Made by a program: the position numbers and the translations under genes. Below the pieces are notes generated by a model that did no database searches, was not told the origin of the DNA, and saw only the letters and a list, made by a program, of their open reading frames with translations. Of a DNA stretch of 20,000 nucleotides, positions 1-8,599 are shown in pieces; the first letter of the stretch is position 1; the number at the start of each line of letters is the position of its first letter. Source of the DNA: an uncultured virus (IMG/VR IMGVR_UViG_3300043419_000665) (Duplodnaviria; Heunggongvirae; Uroviricota; Caudoviricetes); IMG/VR virus record IMGVR_UViG_3300043419_000665, positions 53,785-73,784 of that record, one strand, 5' to 3'.

Positions 1-60
1 TGGCAGTGGTGCTACATTTGCTAAAGGAGGATACATCTGTAAAAATTTAATGATATTCAT
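1..60 (-). CDS. 5' fragment of hypothetical protein (MNIIKFLQMYPPLANVAPLP...), runs off window
   Basis: ATG at 60 preceded by AGAAAGG RBS and by TGATACAAT -10 (82-90); open to window edge. Confidence 0.7.
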   Translation of the reverse strand, partial: MNIIKFLQMYPPLANVAPLP

Positions 61-142
61 ATAAGCCTTTCTTTAGTTATAATTGTATCACACTAAAATA
101 TTTATTATTTTTTAATATTTTAGTATATCTAGAATTTAATTA

Positions 143-1696
143 TTAGAAATTAGTTTCTATTTGATAACCATCATAAACTAGGAAGCGGTCTGTATAAAAC
201 ATATCATAAGGCTCACAGTTAATTGAAATAACTTCGTGAGGAGTGTATGATATTATCAACTCAGTGATAGGAACCCAAGAATTCGTGTCTGCAGACCATA
301 GTTCGTCTGTCTCCAAAAGATCTTCAGAGGCAATCATGCTAGAAACATTATCTCTTTTTGCAAGCATATAGTGAGTTCCTGAGTAATATTCGCCATTTAT
401 TCCAACAGAAACCTGTGCTGTTGATGTTCCTATTGCAACGATTGTTGTCTCTTTGTCAGGAATAGCAACAACATTTGTTGGAGTTTCTGTCCATGACTGA
501 ACATCTTGAACTGTAAAGTTTGATCCTAGTCCAGGGATTTCTGTAGAAACAAGAACATCTCCGACCTTAAGATTTTTTGCTTGAGTAAGCCCATCTACAG
601 TCAAAACTAATGTGTCTATGTTTACAGAGAAGTCAAAACTTCCTCCTGGAGAAAATCCGAATGCAGGAACAAATCCAAATGCTCCGAATGCACCGAATGC
701 TCCGAATGCACCGAATGGTGCAAAACCAAATGCTCCGAATGCACCGAATGCTCCGAATGCACCGAATGGTGCAAAACCAAATGCTCCGAATGCTCCGAAT
801 GCTCCGAATGGTGCGAATGAGAACACTGTTGTAACATTTCCTGATGCACCTGATGTTCCAGAACTTCCGTTTGCATTGTCTGCACGAACTGTGTATGTCT
901 GTGAACTTCCCTGTTCTTGAGATACGTTTACAGATGTTGACCCTGTATTTCCAGACTTACCGTCAGATGCTGCCCAGAAATAATTGGTGATAGCCTTACC
1001 GCCATTATTTGGTGCTGACCATGAGACAGAGTCAGTTCCTGCTGATGGTGATGATGCGGAAGGTGCACCTGGAGTTGCAGGTACTGTAGTTGCAGTAATA
1101 GCATTTGAAGCAGCAGATGTTGCTGAGTTTCCATTAGCATTAGTTGCTACTACTGTAAAAGTATAAGATGTTCCTGATTGAAGTCCTTGTACTGTAATTG
1201 GAAAACCATCAGTTCCAGTATAGCCACCAGAAGATGCTGTAGCAGTATAAACACTTACTGCTTTACCACCTGTAGCCCCTGCAGTATAACTAACTGTTGC
1301 TGCGCCGTTATTAAATGACCTACCTGTTCCAACATCTGTAGCAGTTACGCCAACTGGTGTTTGAGGAACAGTAGTAACTGTTACAGAATTAGATCCAGCA
1401 GATGTTGGGCCAACTCCTGAAGCGTTTGTTCCTGTTACTGTAAATGTTGGAGTTGCTCCTGAAGAAATTCCAGTTACAACAATTGGAGATGATGATCCTG
1501 TTGCTGATTGTCCAGTGCTTGCTGTTACAGTAAATGATGTTGCAGCGTTTGGACCTGTAGGAGTAAATGTCACTGATACAGCACCATTGTTAAATGGTCT
1601 TGCTGTTCCAACATCTGTTGCTGTACCTATTGTTGGTGCGTATGGAGTTAGGAAGTCATTTGCTCCCTGACTCATTCTACCTGCTTGCTTTGACAT
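143..1696 (-). CDS. Fibronectin type III repeat virion protein with (GAF)n low-complexity linker and C-terminal Hint (intein-like) domain
   Basis: Three FN3-like units (e.g. ITVQGLQSGTSYTFTVVATNANG); FAPFGAFGAF repeats; Hint-like block A SVNIDTLVLTVDGLTQAKNLKVGDVLVS, SGTH block B, block F/G-like VISINCEPYDMFYTDRFLVYD; GGGAG RBS. Confidence 0.8.
   Translation of the reverse strand: MSKQAGRMSQGANDFLTPYAPTIGTATDVGTARPFNNGAVSVTFTPTGPNAATSFTVTASTGQSATGSSSPIVVTGISSGATPTFTVTGTNASGVGPTSAGSNSVTVTTVPQTPVGVTATDVGTGRSFNNGAATVSYTAGATGGKAVSVYTATASSGGYTGTDGFPITVQGLQSGTSYTFTVVATNANGNSATSAASNAITATTVPATPGAPSASSPSAGTDSVSWSAPNNGGKAITNYFWAASDGKSGNTGSTSVNVSQEQGSSQTYTVRADNANGSSGTSGASGNVTTVFSFAPFGAFGAFGAFGFAPFGAFGAFGAFGAFGFAPFGAFGAFGAFGAFGFVPAFGFSPGGSFDFSVNIDTLVLTVDGLTQAKNLKVGDVLVSTEIPGLGSNFTVQDVQSWTETPTNVVAIPDKETTIVAIGTSTAQVSVGINGEYYSGTHYMLAKRDNVSSMIASEDLLETDELWSADTNSWVPITELIISYTPHEVISINCEPYDMFYTDRFLVYDGYQIETNF
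650..823 (-). repeat. Coding tandem repeat, 9-nt GAF unit inside a 51-nt (17 aa, FAPFGAFGAFGAFGAFG) unit
   Basis: Exact 51-nt copies at 675-725 and 726-776 plus a shorter third copy. Confidence 0.9.
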
Positions 1697-1726
1697 ATTT
1701 AATCTCCCTTGTTTCTTTAATTTTTA

Positions 1727-3880
1727 TTATGCTGACAAGTCTCCGAAGACTAACCATCCTGCTGAAGTCTTCATTGCTGTTACTACTGAGTTAGTTGTTC
1801 TAAAGTTACGTCCTGGTGTTCCAACAACTCCGTTTGTTGCTTCAAAACGTGCTCCAGTTCCTGACTCTTGATAGAAATCAATTGACTGTCCAGTTGAGTA
1901 TCCTGATGCTGGAAGAGTAATTACTACTGCTCCAGTTAGTGGGATCAACTGATCTGCCCGACCTGTTGCAAGTGAGTGTGCACCTGCTGCGATTGCAGTT
2001 GGAATTGTTGTAATTGAAGGAACTCCAGCCTTTGTCTGTGTACCGTCTGAGAAGACGATTCCAGATGATGCTGTTACAGCACCTGAGAATGTTGGTGCAT
2101 CTGCAACTGCAATTGTTGAACCAGACTTTGTAATGTTTGTACCAGCAGTTACTGCTTCAGAAGCGTTGAACTGTGCGTAGTTAACATTTGTAGTTCCGAT
2201 TGTAATTGTTCCAGTTGTGCTCAAGATGTATCCCTTAGAGCCATTTGTTGATCCAGATGTTACGAATACGAAGTCACCTGTCGCCAATTCTCCTGAAGGA
2301 TTGTTATCTGCATCTACTGCACGAGTTACAACCCACTTTGCTGATGCTCCACCTACGTTAGTAATTGTGTAAATACCGTTTTGTGTTGCGTCTGTTTGTG
2401 CACGAAGAAGGATTCTGTTACCAACAGAAACTGATGCTCCGTCAATTGTTCCGATTGCGCCATTGGCAGATGCTGTAAGTGTTGCACCTACACCGTTTGT
2501 ACCATTGTCGTAAACTCCAGCAAGATTTCCTGTTGATGCTGCAACTACTGGCTGATGGAAGTTAATTCCTGCTGCAAGTCCATCAACGTACTGCTTTGTT
2601 GCTGCATGAAGATCTGATGTTGGGGCACCTGATAGTGTAAGTGCTCCTGTAAGTGTTCCGCCAGCAAGATTTAACTTAGCATTAAGTGCTGTTTGTGTAG
2701 CAGTTGAAACTGGCTTGTCTGCATCTGCTGTGTTGCTAACATTTGCAAGGCCAACCATTGACTTTGTGATACCTGAAACTGTTCCAGTAAATGTTGGATT
2801 TGCGAGAGGTGCCTTAAGGTCAAGTGCTGTTTGTGTTGCTGTAGAGACTGGCTTGTTGGCGTCAGATGTATTGTCTACATTTGCAAGACCAACTGAAGAC
2901 TTTGTTAGTGCTGATACTGCAGTTGTTACTGCTCCGTCAGCATATGTCTTTGTAGCAAGTGCTGCTGTGTCTGAAATTCCATGTACATTTGTTGTTACAC
3001 TGTTATGGTTTGAAACTGCTGTACCAATTGCTGATGTAGTTGCTGCTGTAGTAGCAAGAAGTGATGTGTCTGCAATGCCATGAACATTTGTTGTGTCATC
3101 GCTGTGTAGTGATATTGCTGATGCAAGTCCGCTCTGGACTACAAGTACTGAGGTATCTGCAATTCCGTGTACATTTGTTGTGTCCACATTATGATCGTTA
3201 AGTGCACTGGATGCTGCAGTTCCTGCTGCGGTAATTGCATCTGCTTCTGCAGTGTCTGCATAAGACTTTGTTGCGAGAAGTGCAGTATCAGCAATTCCGT
3301 GAATACCTGTTGTGTCAGAAGCGTGGTTTGCTAGATTGTCTGCTATTTCTGCTTTTGCTACTACAAGTGCTCCTGCAGCATTTGTTCCTACAAGGTTTAC
3401 CTGAGATGTTACTGATGACACAGTTGCAATTGTTGAATCAATATCAAATCTTTCTGCTTGAGCGTTCCAGTCAATACCAGTTCCTGCAAGGTCTACATAT
3501 GCAGCCGTTGTATTGCCAAGAGCATCTTCAAGGTCTGAAACTGTAACAAGAACAGATGTGTCTGGGATACCGTGGACATCTGTTGTGTCTGCTGCGTGTG
3601 TTGATAAATTTGTTGCAATTGTTGTTAAAAATGCTGGATTGTCTCCCATTGCTTCAGCAAGTTCATTAAGAGTATTAAGTGCTGCTGGTGCTCCATCAAT
3701 GATTGCTGCTAGTTCTGCTGCATTAGCAAAGTATGTTAGGGCAGACCATGTTGATGATCCGTTACCCATTTTAAACTTACTTGTGTCTGTTTCAAAACCG
3801 ATTTCACCTGCTGCTAAAACTGGGTTTGCAGCCGTCCATTGCGCTGCTGTTCCTCTGCGCTGTTGCATTCTTGTTGCCAT
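1727..3880 (-). CDS. Tail fibre protein with Mtd_N-like N-terminal domain
   Basis: N-term QQRRGTAAQWTAANPVLAAGEIGFETDTSKFKMGNG (major tropism determinant N-terminal type); APAALNTLNELA motif; 5x HGIxDT repeats; 2x VGLANVxNTxDAxKPVSTATQTAL; AATKQYVD; AGGAG RBS. Confidence 0.8.
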   Translation of the reverse strand: MATRMQQRRGTAAQWTAANPVLAAGEIGFETDTSKFKMGNGSSTWSALTYFANAAELAAIIDGAPAALNTLNELAEAMGDNPAFLTTIATNLSTHAADTTDVHGIPDTSVLVTVSDLEDALGNTTAAYVDLAGTGIDWNAQAERFDIDSTIATVSSVTSQVNLVGTNAAGALVVAKAEIADNLANHASDTTGIHGIADTALLATKSYADTAEADAITAAGTAASSALNDHNVDTTNVHGIADTSVLVVQSGLASAISLHSDDTTNVHGIADTSLLATTAATTSAIGTAVSNHNSVTTNVHGISDTAALATKTYADGAVTTAVSALTKSSVGLANVDNTSDANKPVSTATQTALDLKAPLANPTFTGTVSGITKSMVGLANVSNTADADKPVSTATQTALNAKLNLAGGTLTGALTLSGAPTSDLHAATKQYVDGLAAGINFHQPVVAASTGNLAGVYDNGTNGVGATLTASANGAIGTIDGASVSVGNRILLRAQTDATQNGIYTITNVGGASAKWVVTRAVDADNNPSGELATGDFVFVTSGSTNGSKGYILSTTGTITIGTTNVNYAQFNASEAVTAGTNITKSGSTIAVADAPTFSGAVTASSGIVFSDGTQTKAGVPSITTIPTAIAAGAHSLATGRADQLIPLTGAVVITLPASGYSTGQSIDFYQESGTGARFEATNGVVGTPGRNFRTTNSVVTAMKTSAGWLVFGDLSA

Positions 3881-3939
3881 ATTTTTATTTCTCCTTTATG
3901 GGGGCTGCCCATTAACTTATCTTATTATAACATCAATTT

Positions 3940-4389
3940 TTAATTGAAATTATCTACTACACTACCGCCATCGAATACAACTGTCCAAACTGTTGAGTCT
4001 GGTCCACCCGCATCCAAACCTACACCCAATGGGCTGTTGAATGATCCACCTTCATAGAACTGAGATACTATGAAACCAGTTCCATCAATTGCGGTATCGT
4101 GAATGTGCTGTGGAAGATTGTTTGTATCATCAATAGTTGCTTGGGTATACCAAGAACCTTCGTAATAGAAATTAACTCTGTTTGTTAGAGTGTCTAACCA
4201 CATTGTTCCATTAGTTGGTGAAGAAGGAGCAGTTGAGCCAACAGCCATTGATCGGTTATCGACATACTCCTTAGTTGCTGCATGGGCATTAAGAGTTGGT
4301 GCTCCTACTGTTACTGCATCTCCGAATGTACCGCCGTTTGCTACGACTAGCCCATTCTTGACCTTGAAGTCTTTATCGACTGTTGCCAT
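3940..4389 (-). CDS. Small virion structural/fibre-associated protein
   Basis: HAATKEYVD and TAPSSPTNGTMWLDT fibre motifs; N-terminus near-identical to 600-aa neighbour; GAGGGAG RBS. Confidence 0.65.
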   Translation of the reverse strand: MATVDKDFKVKNGLVVANGGTFGDAVTVGAPTLNAHAATKEYVDNRSMAVGSTAPSSPTNGTMWLDTLTNRVNFYYEGSWYTQATIDDTNNLPQHIHDTAIDGTGFIVSQFYEGGSFNSPLGVGLDAGGPDSTVWTVVFDGGSVVDNFN

Positions 4390-4424
4390 TTACTGCTCCC
4401 TCTTCCAACTATTTTTATTTTTTA

Positions 4425-6227
4425 TTACGCAAGTAGTGTTCCGACAACAGTAACTGTTGAGTTATTGTTTGTGGTTGTTACTAGAAGTTGTACATTTGCA
4501 CCGTCAACATTTGCTGAAACTGACATCGCTGTGCCATTTGTTCCAACAATTCCGTATTCGGTCATTGCAATGTTGTCTGAAGCGTCAAGTGTCAAAAGAA
4601 CCTTTGAGATTTCAGTATGTGATCCGTAAGCAACCTTTACAAGGAACTCTGCTGAACGGTAATCTGCCTTAGCAAATGCGTGTCCTACATGAGCACCTGC
4701 AGATGCTGCTGACATTGTTGAAGCAACCTGCTTAGCAACTGAGTTTACCTCAACTGCTGTGAAGTTTGGAACTACTGCTTCAAGAGCGTCTACTGCACGA
4801 GAATCTGTGAAGTAAAGGTTTGTTGTACCCTCAACAAGATCATCAGTATCAGAATCTGCCACACCGTTTTCTGCGGTAATAATAAGACCTGTAGTGCTGG
4901 TACCTGTGATTGCGATATTTGTTAGTGATGCATTGAGAAGAAGATTTGCTGCTGAAGCCTTTGCACGAGCATCTGTGTGGTAAAGGTTTGTTGCTCCCTC
5001 TTCAATATCATCTGTGTCAAGAAGATTAATCTGATCACCAATTGTTCCACCAACAGCGTCAATTGCTCGCTGATTTGTGAAGTAAAGGTTTGTGCCTTCT
5101 GCAATATCAGATGTTGTAAGTGCATCTGCGTATGCCTTAGCGTCTACCTCAGCCTGATCAGCATATGATTGGTATGCAGTTGTGATTGCTGTCTCACGGC
5201 CATCTGTGTAAGAGTTAGCCGATGTAACTGCGTCTGTTTCTGCTGTATCAACATATGCCTTTGTTGCTGCATGTAGGTTGCTTGTTGGTGCACCTGAAAG
5301 TGTCAAAGCACCTGTCATTGTGTCGCCAGCCTTTGCTACCTTTTCTCCAACTGATGTTGAAAGAGTTGTTGCAAAGTTAGCATCGTCTCCGATTGCTGCT
5401 GCTAATTCATTAAGTGTGTTAAGAAGTGCTGGTGCTGAATCTACAAGGTTTGCAACCTGTGTATCAGCATATGCCTTAGCATCTGTCTCTGCTTGGTCAG
5501 CATATGCTTGGTAAGCAGTTGTAATTGCTCCTTCACGAGTGTCTGTGTAAGCCTTAGCATCTACCTCTGCTTGGTCAGCGTATGCCTCGTAAGCAGTCGT
5601 GATTGCTGTCTCTCTACCATCTGTGTATAGGTTAGCATCTGTCTCTGCCTGATCTGCGTATGCACGAGTTGCAACTACATCTGATCCCCACTTGACATCT
5701 TTGCCAGTACCTGGTGTAAGAACAACGTCATCATTAAGTGACTTAAGAGCAAGGTCTCCGTAGTTAGCCTTAATTTCAAATTCGTGGCTTACTGGAATTA
5801 CTGCAATCTGTCCTTCATTTGCTATTGTTACACCATCTGTAAAGTATGTGGTGTCAATAAAACGCTTGTTTGAAAGATCCTGTGTGTCAGTTGTTCCTAC
5901 TACTGAACCAGTTACTCCGTGTACTCCAGAAGTAAGTGCTTCGTGATCTGAAAGATCTCCTGCAACTGCTCCTGCTTCTGATGCTGCTGTTCCTGCTGCA
6001 TCGTAGTAAGCATCTACTACTGTACGATCAAGTGAAAGTTCTCCACCTGCTGAAACATCAAACTGGTTTGAAACTGACTTTACTAGTGTTTCTCCACCAA
6101 TAAGGTCTAAAATAAAATCTTGTGATGCTTGTGATTCTGTAAGAATTCTCTTATTGTTGATTGTACCTTGTAGGCCCTCAACGATAAGTCCACTCTTAAT
6201 CTTAAAATCTTTATTTACTGTTGCCAT
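4425..6227 (-). CDS. Tail fibre / virion structural protein
   Basis: APALLNTLNELAAAIGDD motif, coiled-coil AYADQAE repeats, 3x D(I/L)xEGxNLY(F/H)T repeats, C-terminal YRSA...TEYG domain; AAGGAG RBS. Confidence 0.75.
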   Translation of the reverse strand: MATVNKDFKIKSGLIVEGLQGTINNKRILTESQASQDFILDLIGGETLVKSVSNQFDVSAGGELSLDRTVVDAYYDAAGTAASEAGAVAGDLSDHEALTSGVHGVTGSVVGTTDTQDLSNKRFIDTTYFTDGVTIANEGQIAVIPVSHEFEIKANYGDLALKSLNDDVVLTPGTGKDVKWGSDVVATRAYADQAETDANLYTDGRETAITTAYEAYADQAEVDAKAYTDTREGAITTAYQAYADQAETDAKAYADTQVANLVDSAPALLNTLNELAAAIGDDANFATTLSTSVGEKVAKAGDTMTGALTLSGAPTSNLHAATKAYVDTAETDAVTSANSYTDGRETAITTAYQSYADQAEVDAKAYADALTTSDIAEGTNLYFTNQRAIDAVGGTIGDQINLLDTDDIEEGATNLYHTDARAKASAANLLLNASLTNIAITGTSTTGLIITAENGVADSDTDDLVEGTTNLYFTDSRAVDALEAVVPNFTAVEVNSVAKQVASTMSAASAGAHVGHAFAKADYRSAEFLVKVAYGSHTEISKVLLTLDASDNIAMTEYGIVGTNGTAMSVSANVDGANVQLLVTTTNNNSTVTVVGTLLA

Positions 6228-6244
6228 TTTTTATATCTCCTTAG

Positions 6245-6691
6245 TTATGCCTTAAGTCCAATTCGTGCGAAACGAACTGTGACTGGCTTGATCGCAGGGT
6301 CTGGAGTGACTGTTAAAGCCACGGTATTTCCAGTGCGAGAGACATTAATGGTGCCAATATTCCCATCATTGTCAATTGTTCCGTATTCGCTGACATTTAC
6401 ATTTGTACCGTCAACGAGAATTGTTAGTTCGGTTGCATAGAACTTATTGTCCCCTGCAGAGGTCTTTGATATTGAAACAATATACTTAACCATACGCCAA
6501 ACTGTAGCGTCAAAGTTATCAATAACAGTTACGTTCTCAATACCATTGATTGTGTTTTCATTATTACCTGCAGAGCCCAAGTCTGTTGCCTGTGCTGCTA
6601 CGGTATCGATTAAATCTACATAATTTTCTTGAGTAGGTCTATCTCCAGTTTGGAATAGACTTTTAACTGATGGAATTGATACTTTAGCCAT
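6245..6691 (-). CDS. Virion structural protein (paralogous to C-terminal domain of 600-aa protein)
   Basis: FQTGDRPTQENYVDLID N-term; WRMVKY...TELTILVDG...SEYG resembles YRSAEF...TEYG; leaderless promoter. Confidence 0.6.
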   Translation of the reverse strand: MAKVSIPSVKSLFQTGDRPTQENYVDLIDTVAAQATDLGSAGNNENTINGIENVTVIDNFDATVWRMVKYIVSISKTSAGDNKFYATELTILVDGTNVNVSEYGTIDNDGNIGTINVSRTGNTVALTVTPDPAIKPVTVRFARIGLKA

Positions 6692-6723
6692 GCGGTAATT
6701 ATATCACCCTTTTAATTATATAA

Positions 6724-6948
6724 TTAGAGAATATAGTTGCTGTAGCCAATAACCTGTAGTGGAATTGCTGGAGTATTGCCTAAACCAATAGCCACAATTT
6801 GAATGGCTGTAAACTTAACTCTAAAAGGCAAAACTTCAGTTATAACTGTTTTTCTTGTAAAGTCTTCTACTTGTACTATTGCATAATCTATTGGAAAGAC
6901 TCGTTCTGTTTTGTTTTGTAGATCGTCAAGTATGATTGCTGTTGCCAT
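6724..6948 (-). CDS. Hypothetical protein
   Basis: 74 aa, start overlaps upstream stop (TAATG). Confidence 0.65.
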   Translation of the reverse strand: MATAIILDDLQNKTERVFPIDYAIVQVEDFTRKTVITEVLPFRVKFTAIQIVAIGLGNTPAIPLQVIGYSNYIL

Positions 6949-7358
6949 TAATCTGTTACATCTTCAAGAATTCTCATGCTGCCCTGGGCAACTGTCCAAA
7001 CTCTTGTTGGGTCTGATACCTGAATATCAAAGATGTCTCCTGTTTGTAAGACATTAGATTCTTCTGCTGTAAGCCAAACTGTAAATTCTCCAACAAGGTC
7101 GTCTTCATCTGCAACTGGATGCAAAGCCATGATTGTTGTGGCATTGTCTGTAATAACTCCAGGAGTTGAGGTTGGTCTTTTAATCTTCATTGCAATATCC
7201 CATTCAGACCCCTCGCCTTTTAAAATCAAAGGCTGCTTAGCATCGTCTGTAACATAAACTTTAAATCCAGAAGTATCTCCACGAACAACAGTCCAAATAA
7301 CTGTAGGAGGTTTATTTCCTATGTTATATAATGATTGAGATCCTCTTACATTTGCCAT
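6948..7358 (-). CDS. Beta-sandwich virion/baseplate-like protein (RGDT family paralog)
   Basis: VVRGDT N-term, FDIQV...VWTVAQGSMRILEDVT C-term shared with 15001-15381 and 13046-14146. Confidence 0.6.
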   Translation of the reverse strand: MANVRGSQSLYNIGNKPPTVIWTVVRGDTSGFKVYVTDDAKQPLILKGEGSEWDIAMKIKRPTSTPGVITDNATTIMALHPVADEDDLVGEFTVWLTAEESNVLQTGDIFDIQVSDPTRVWTVAQGSMRILEDVTD

Positions 7359-7370
7359 ATTGTTATTATA

Positions 7371-7889
7371 TCACGACAAACCGTCTCTGAGTGCTCCCCA
7401 GGTACCGTTTCCTTTTGCCTCTACAATCACTATGCCATTAAGATTGTTTGCATATGCACAAATTCCAACTGCTGCTGATCCTCCTGCTGGCCTAACATTT
7501 GTTAAGCCTCCAGACTGTCCAACATATAAAGTTTGACCTGCAACAAATCCTGAAGTATTTAAACCTTCCATAACTCCAGCAACAACAACTACACCATCAG
7601 ACCCGTTTGTTGTAGTGTTTTTTATCAAACCCAGGATTGGAGAAGAAGTAGATGGAAGTGCTTTTGCTATTGTTGTTTTTGTTTCATATCCTGTTGCGTA
7701 TACTGGTACACCAGCATTTATAGTAGCACCGCTATTGTTTTTTACATTAATTTGAAAATATGATACTCCGTATGCTGGAAGTATTGCATCAAGGGATTCT
7801 GCTAGTTTTTTAAAGTCTCCGTGTACATTTACAGGGGAGTTTTCAAGGGGATATTTAACTCCCGTGGCAGAAAAATCATATGTAGTCAT
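7371..7889 (-). CDS. Putative capsid decoration/fibre-like protein
   Basis: VKNNSGATINAGVPVY...GQTLYVGQSGGLT pattern; start re-assigned to ATG 7889 because the GTG at 7907 lies in the TATAAT promoter. Confidence 0.55.
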   Translation of the reverse strand: MTTYDFSATGVKYPLENSPVNVHGDFKKLAESLDAILPAYGVSYFQINVKNNSGATINAGVPVYATGYETKTTIAKALPSTSSPILGLIKNTTTNGSDGVVVVAGVMEGLNTSGFVAGQTLYVGQSGGLTNVRPAGGSAAVGICAYANNLNGIVIVEAKGNGTWGALRDGLS

Positions 7890-7913
7890 AATAAAATAAT
7901 TATACACCCAGAT

Positions 7914-7943
7914 TTGACTTTTGACTCAAAATTATGTTATACT
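7914..7943 (+). promoter_or_regulatory. Sigma70/HrdB-type promoter of transglycosylase gene
   Basis: TTGACT(7914-19)-N18-TATACT(7938-43) with TGn extension; back-to-back with minus-strand TATAAT at 7899-7904. Confidence 0.7.
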
Positions 7944-7991
7944 TGTCAGTAGACACCTACCAGGGTGTTATTGTTTTCTAAGGAGGAAACT

Positions 7992-8555
7992 ATGATTAAA
8001 TTTATCGAAAGAAACAAAGAGATCATTAGCACACTCAGTATCGTGGCACTTGTCAGTGTATTTTCTAATGCTGCTAATGCTACACCAGAACTAAGCACTA
8101 AAAATAACCTTAGCCTTGAACAGGCTCAGACATCGGACACAACCTCGAAAGAGGTTTTTTTGGTTTCTAAGGAAAAAATGTTGGAGAGTTTTGCAAACAA
8201 GACATCTCTTACTGATTTAGAACTAAAGAAGATGCTATCCCTAGTTGGCTTTAAGGGTCAAAACCTTGTTGAGGCTTGGGCTGTAGCAAAGAAAGAGTCT
8301 AATGGTCGACCATTGGCTTTTAACGGAAATGAAAGCACTGGAGACTCCTCATACGGAATTTTCCAGATCAATATGATTGACTCGCTTGGTCCTGATCGTA
8401 GAAACAAGTTTGAGTTATCTTCAAATGCCGAACTTTTTAATCCAGTTCTTAATGCACAGATTGCACATCATATGACTGACGGTGGAGAAAACTGGACTGC
8501 CTGGAAAGGCATGACTCCAAGAACTAAGTCTTGGATGTCTAAGTTTCCTAAGTAA
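7992..8555 (+). CDS. Secreted lysozyme-like lytic transglycosylase (SLT/Rpf-like fold)
   Basis: AAGGAGG RBS at 7980-86; hydrophobic signal ending ANA; AVAKKES catalytic Glu, SYGIFQIN, LFNPVLNA, WTAW motifs. Confidence 0.85.
   Translation: MIKFIERNKEIISTLSIVALVSVFSNAANATPELSTKNNLSLEQAQTSDTTSKEVFLVSKEKMLESFANKTSLTDLELKKMLSLVGFKGQNLVEAWAVAKKESNGRPLAFNGNESTGDSSYGIFQINMIDSLGPDRRNKFELSSNAELFNPVLNAQIAHHMTDGGENWTAWKGMTPRTKSWMSKFPK
8141..8161 (+). terminator. Terminator-like hairpin inside the transglycosylase CDS
   Basis: AACCTC-GAAA-GAGGTT followed by TTTTT. Confidence 0.45.
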
Positions 8556-8566
8556 ATTAAAGACTA

Positions 8567-8599
8567 TAAAAAGCCACCTGTTATAGGGTGGCTTTTTTA
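8567..8599. terminator. Bidirectional intrinsic terminator
   Basis: AAAAAGCCACC-tgttatag-GGTGGCTTTTT between convergent genes. Confidence 0.9.

Noticed and set aside
143..628. Splicing intein
   Set aside because: Terminal HN-[CST] is replaced by YDG and almost no C-extein remains; treated as a cleavage-type Hint domain
610..920. Overlapping ORFs (NAPNAP, MLRMHR, HSEHSV)
   Set aside because: Shadow frames of the GAF repeat, which lacks stops in several frames
1727..3880. Diversity-generating retroelement suggested by Mtd_N-like domain
   Set aside because: No reverse transcriptase and no adenine-specific TR/VR pair seen in the window
2715..5514. Plus-strand ORFs antisense to fibre genes
   Set aside because: Antisense shadows of Ala/Thr-rich codon-biased genes, with no RBS or motifs
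7944..7991. c-di-AMP (ydaO) riboswitch upstream of the transglycosylase
   Set aside because: Leader is only ~40 nt with one small hairpin (ACACC...GGTGT), too short and lacking the consensus
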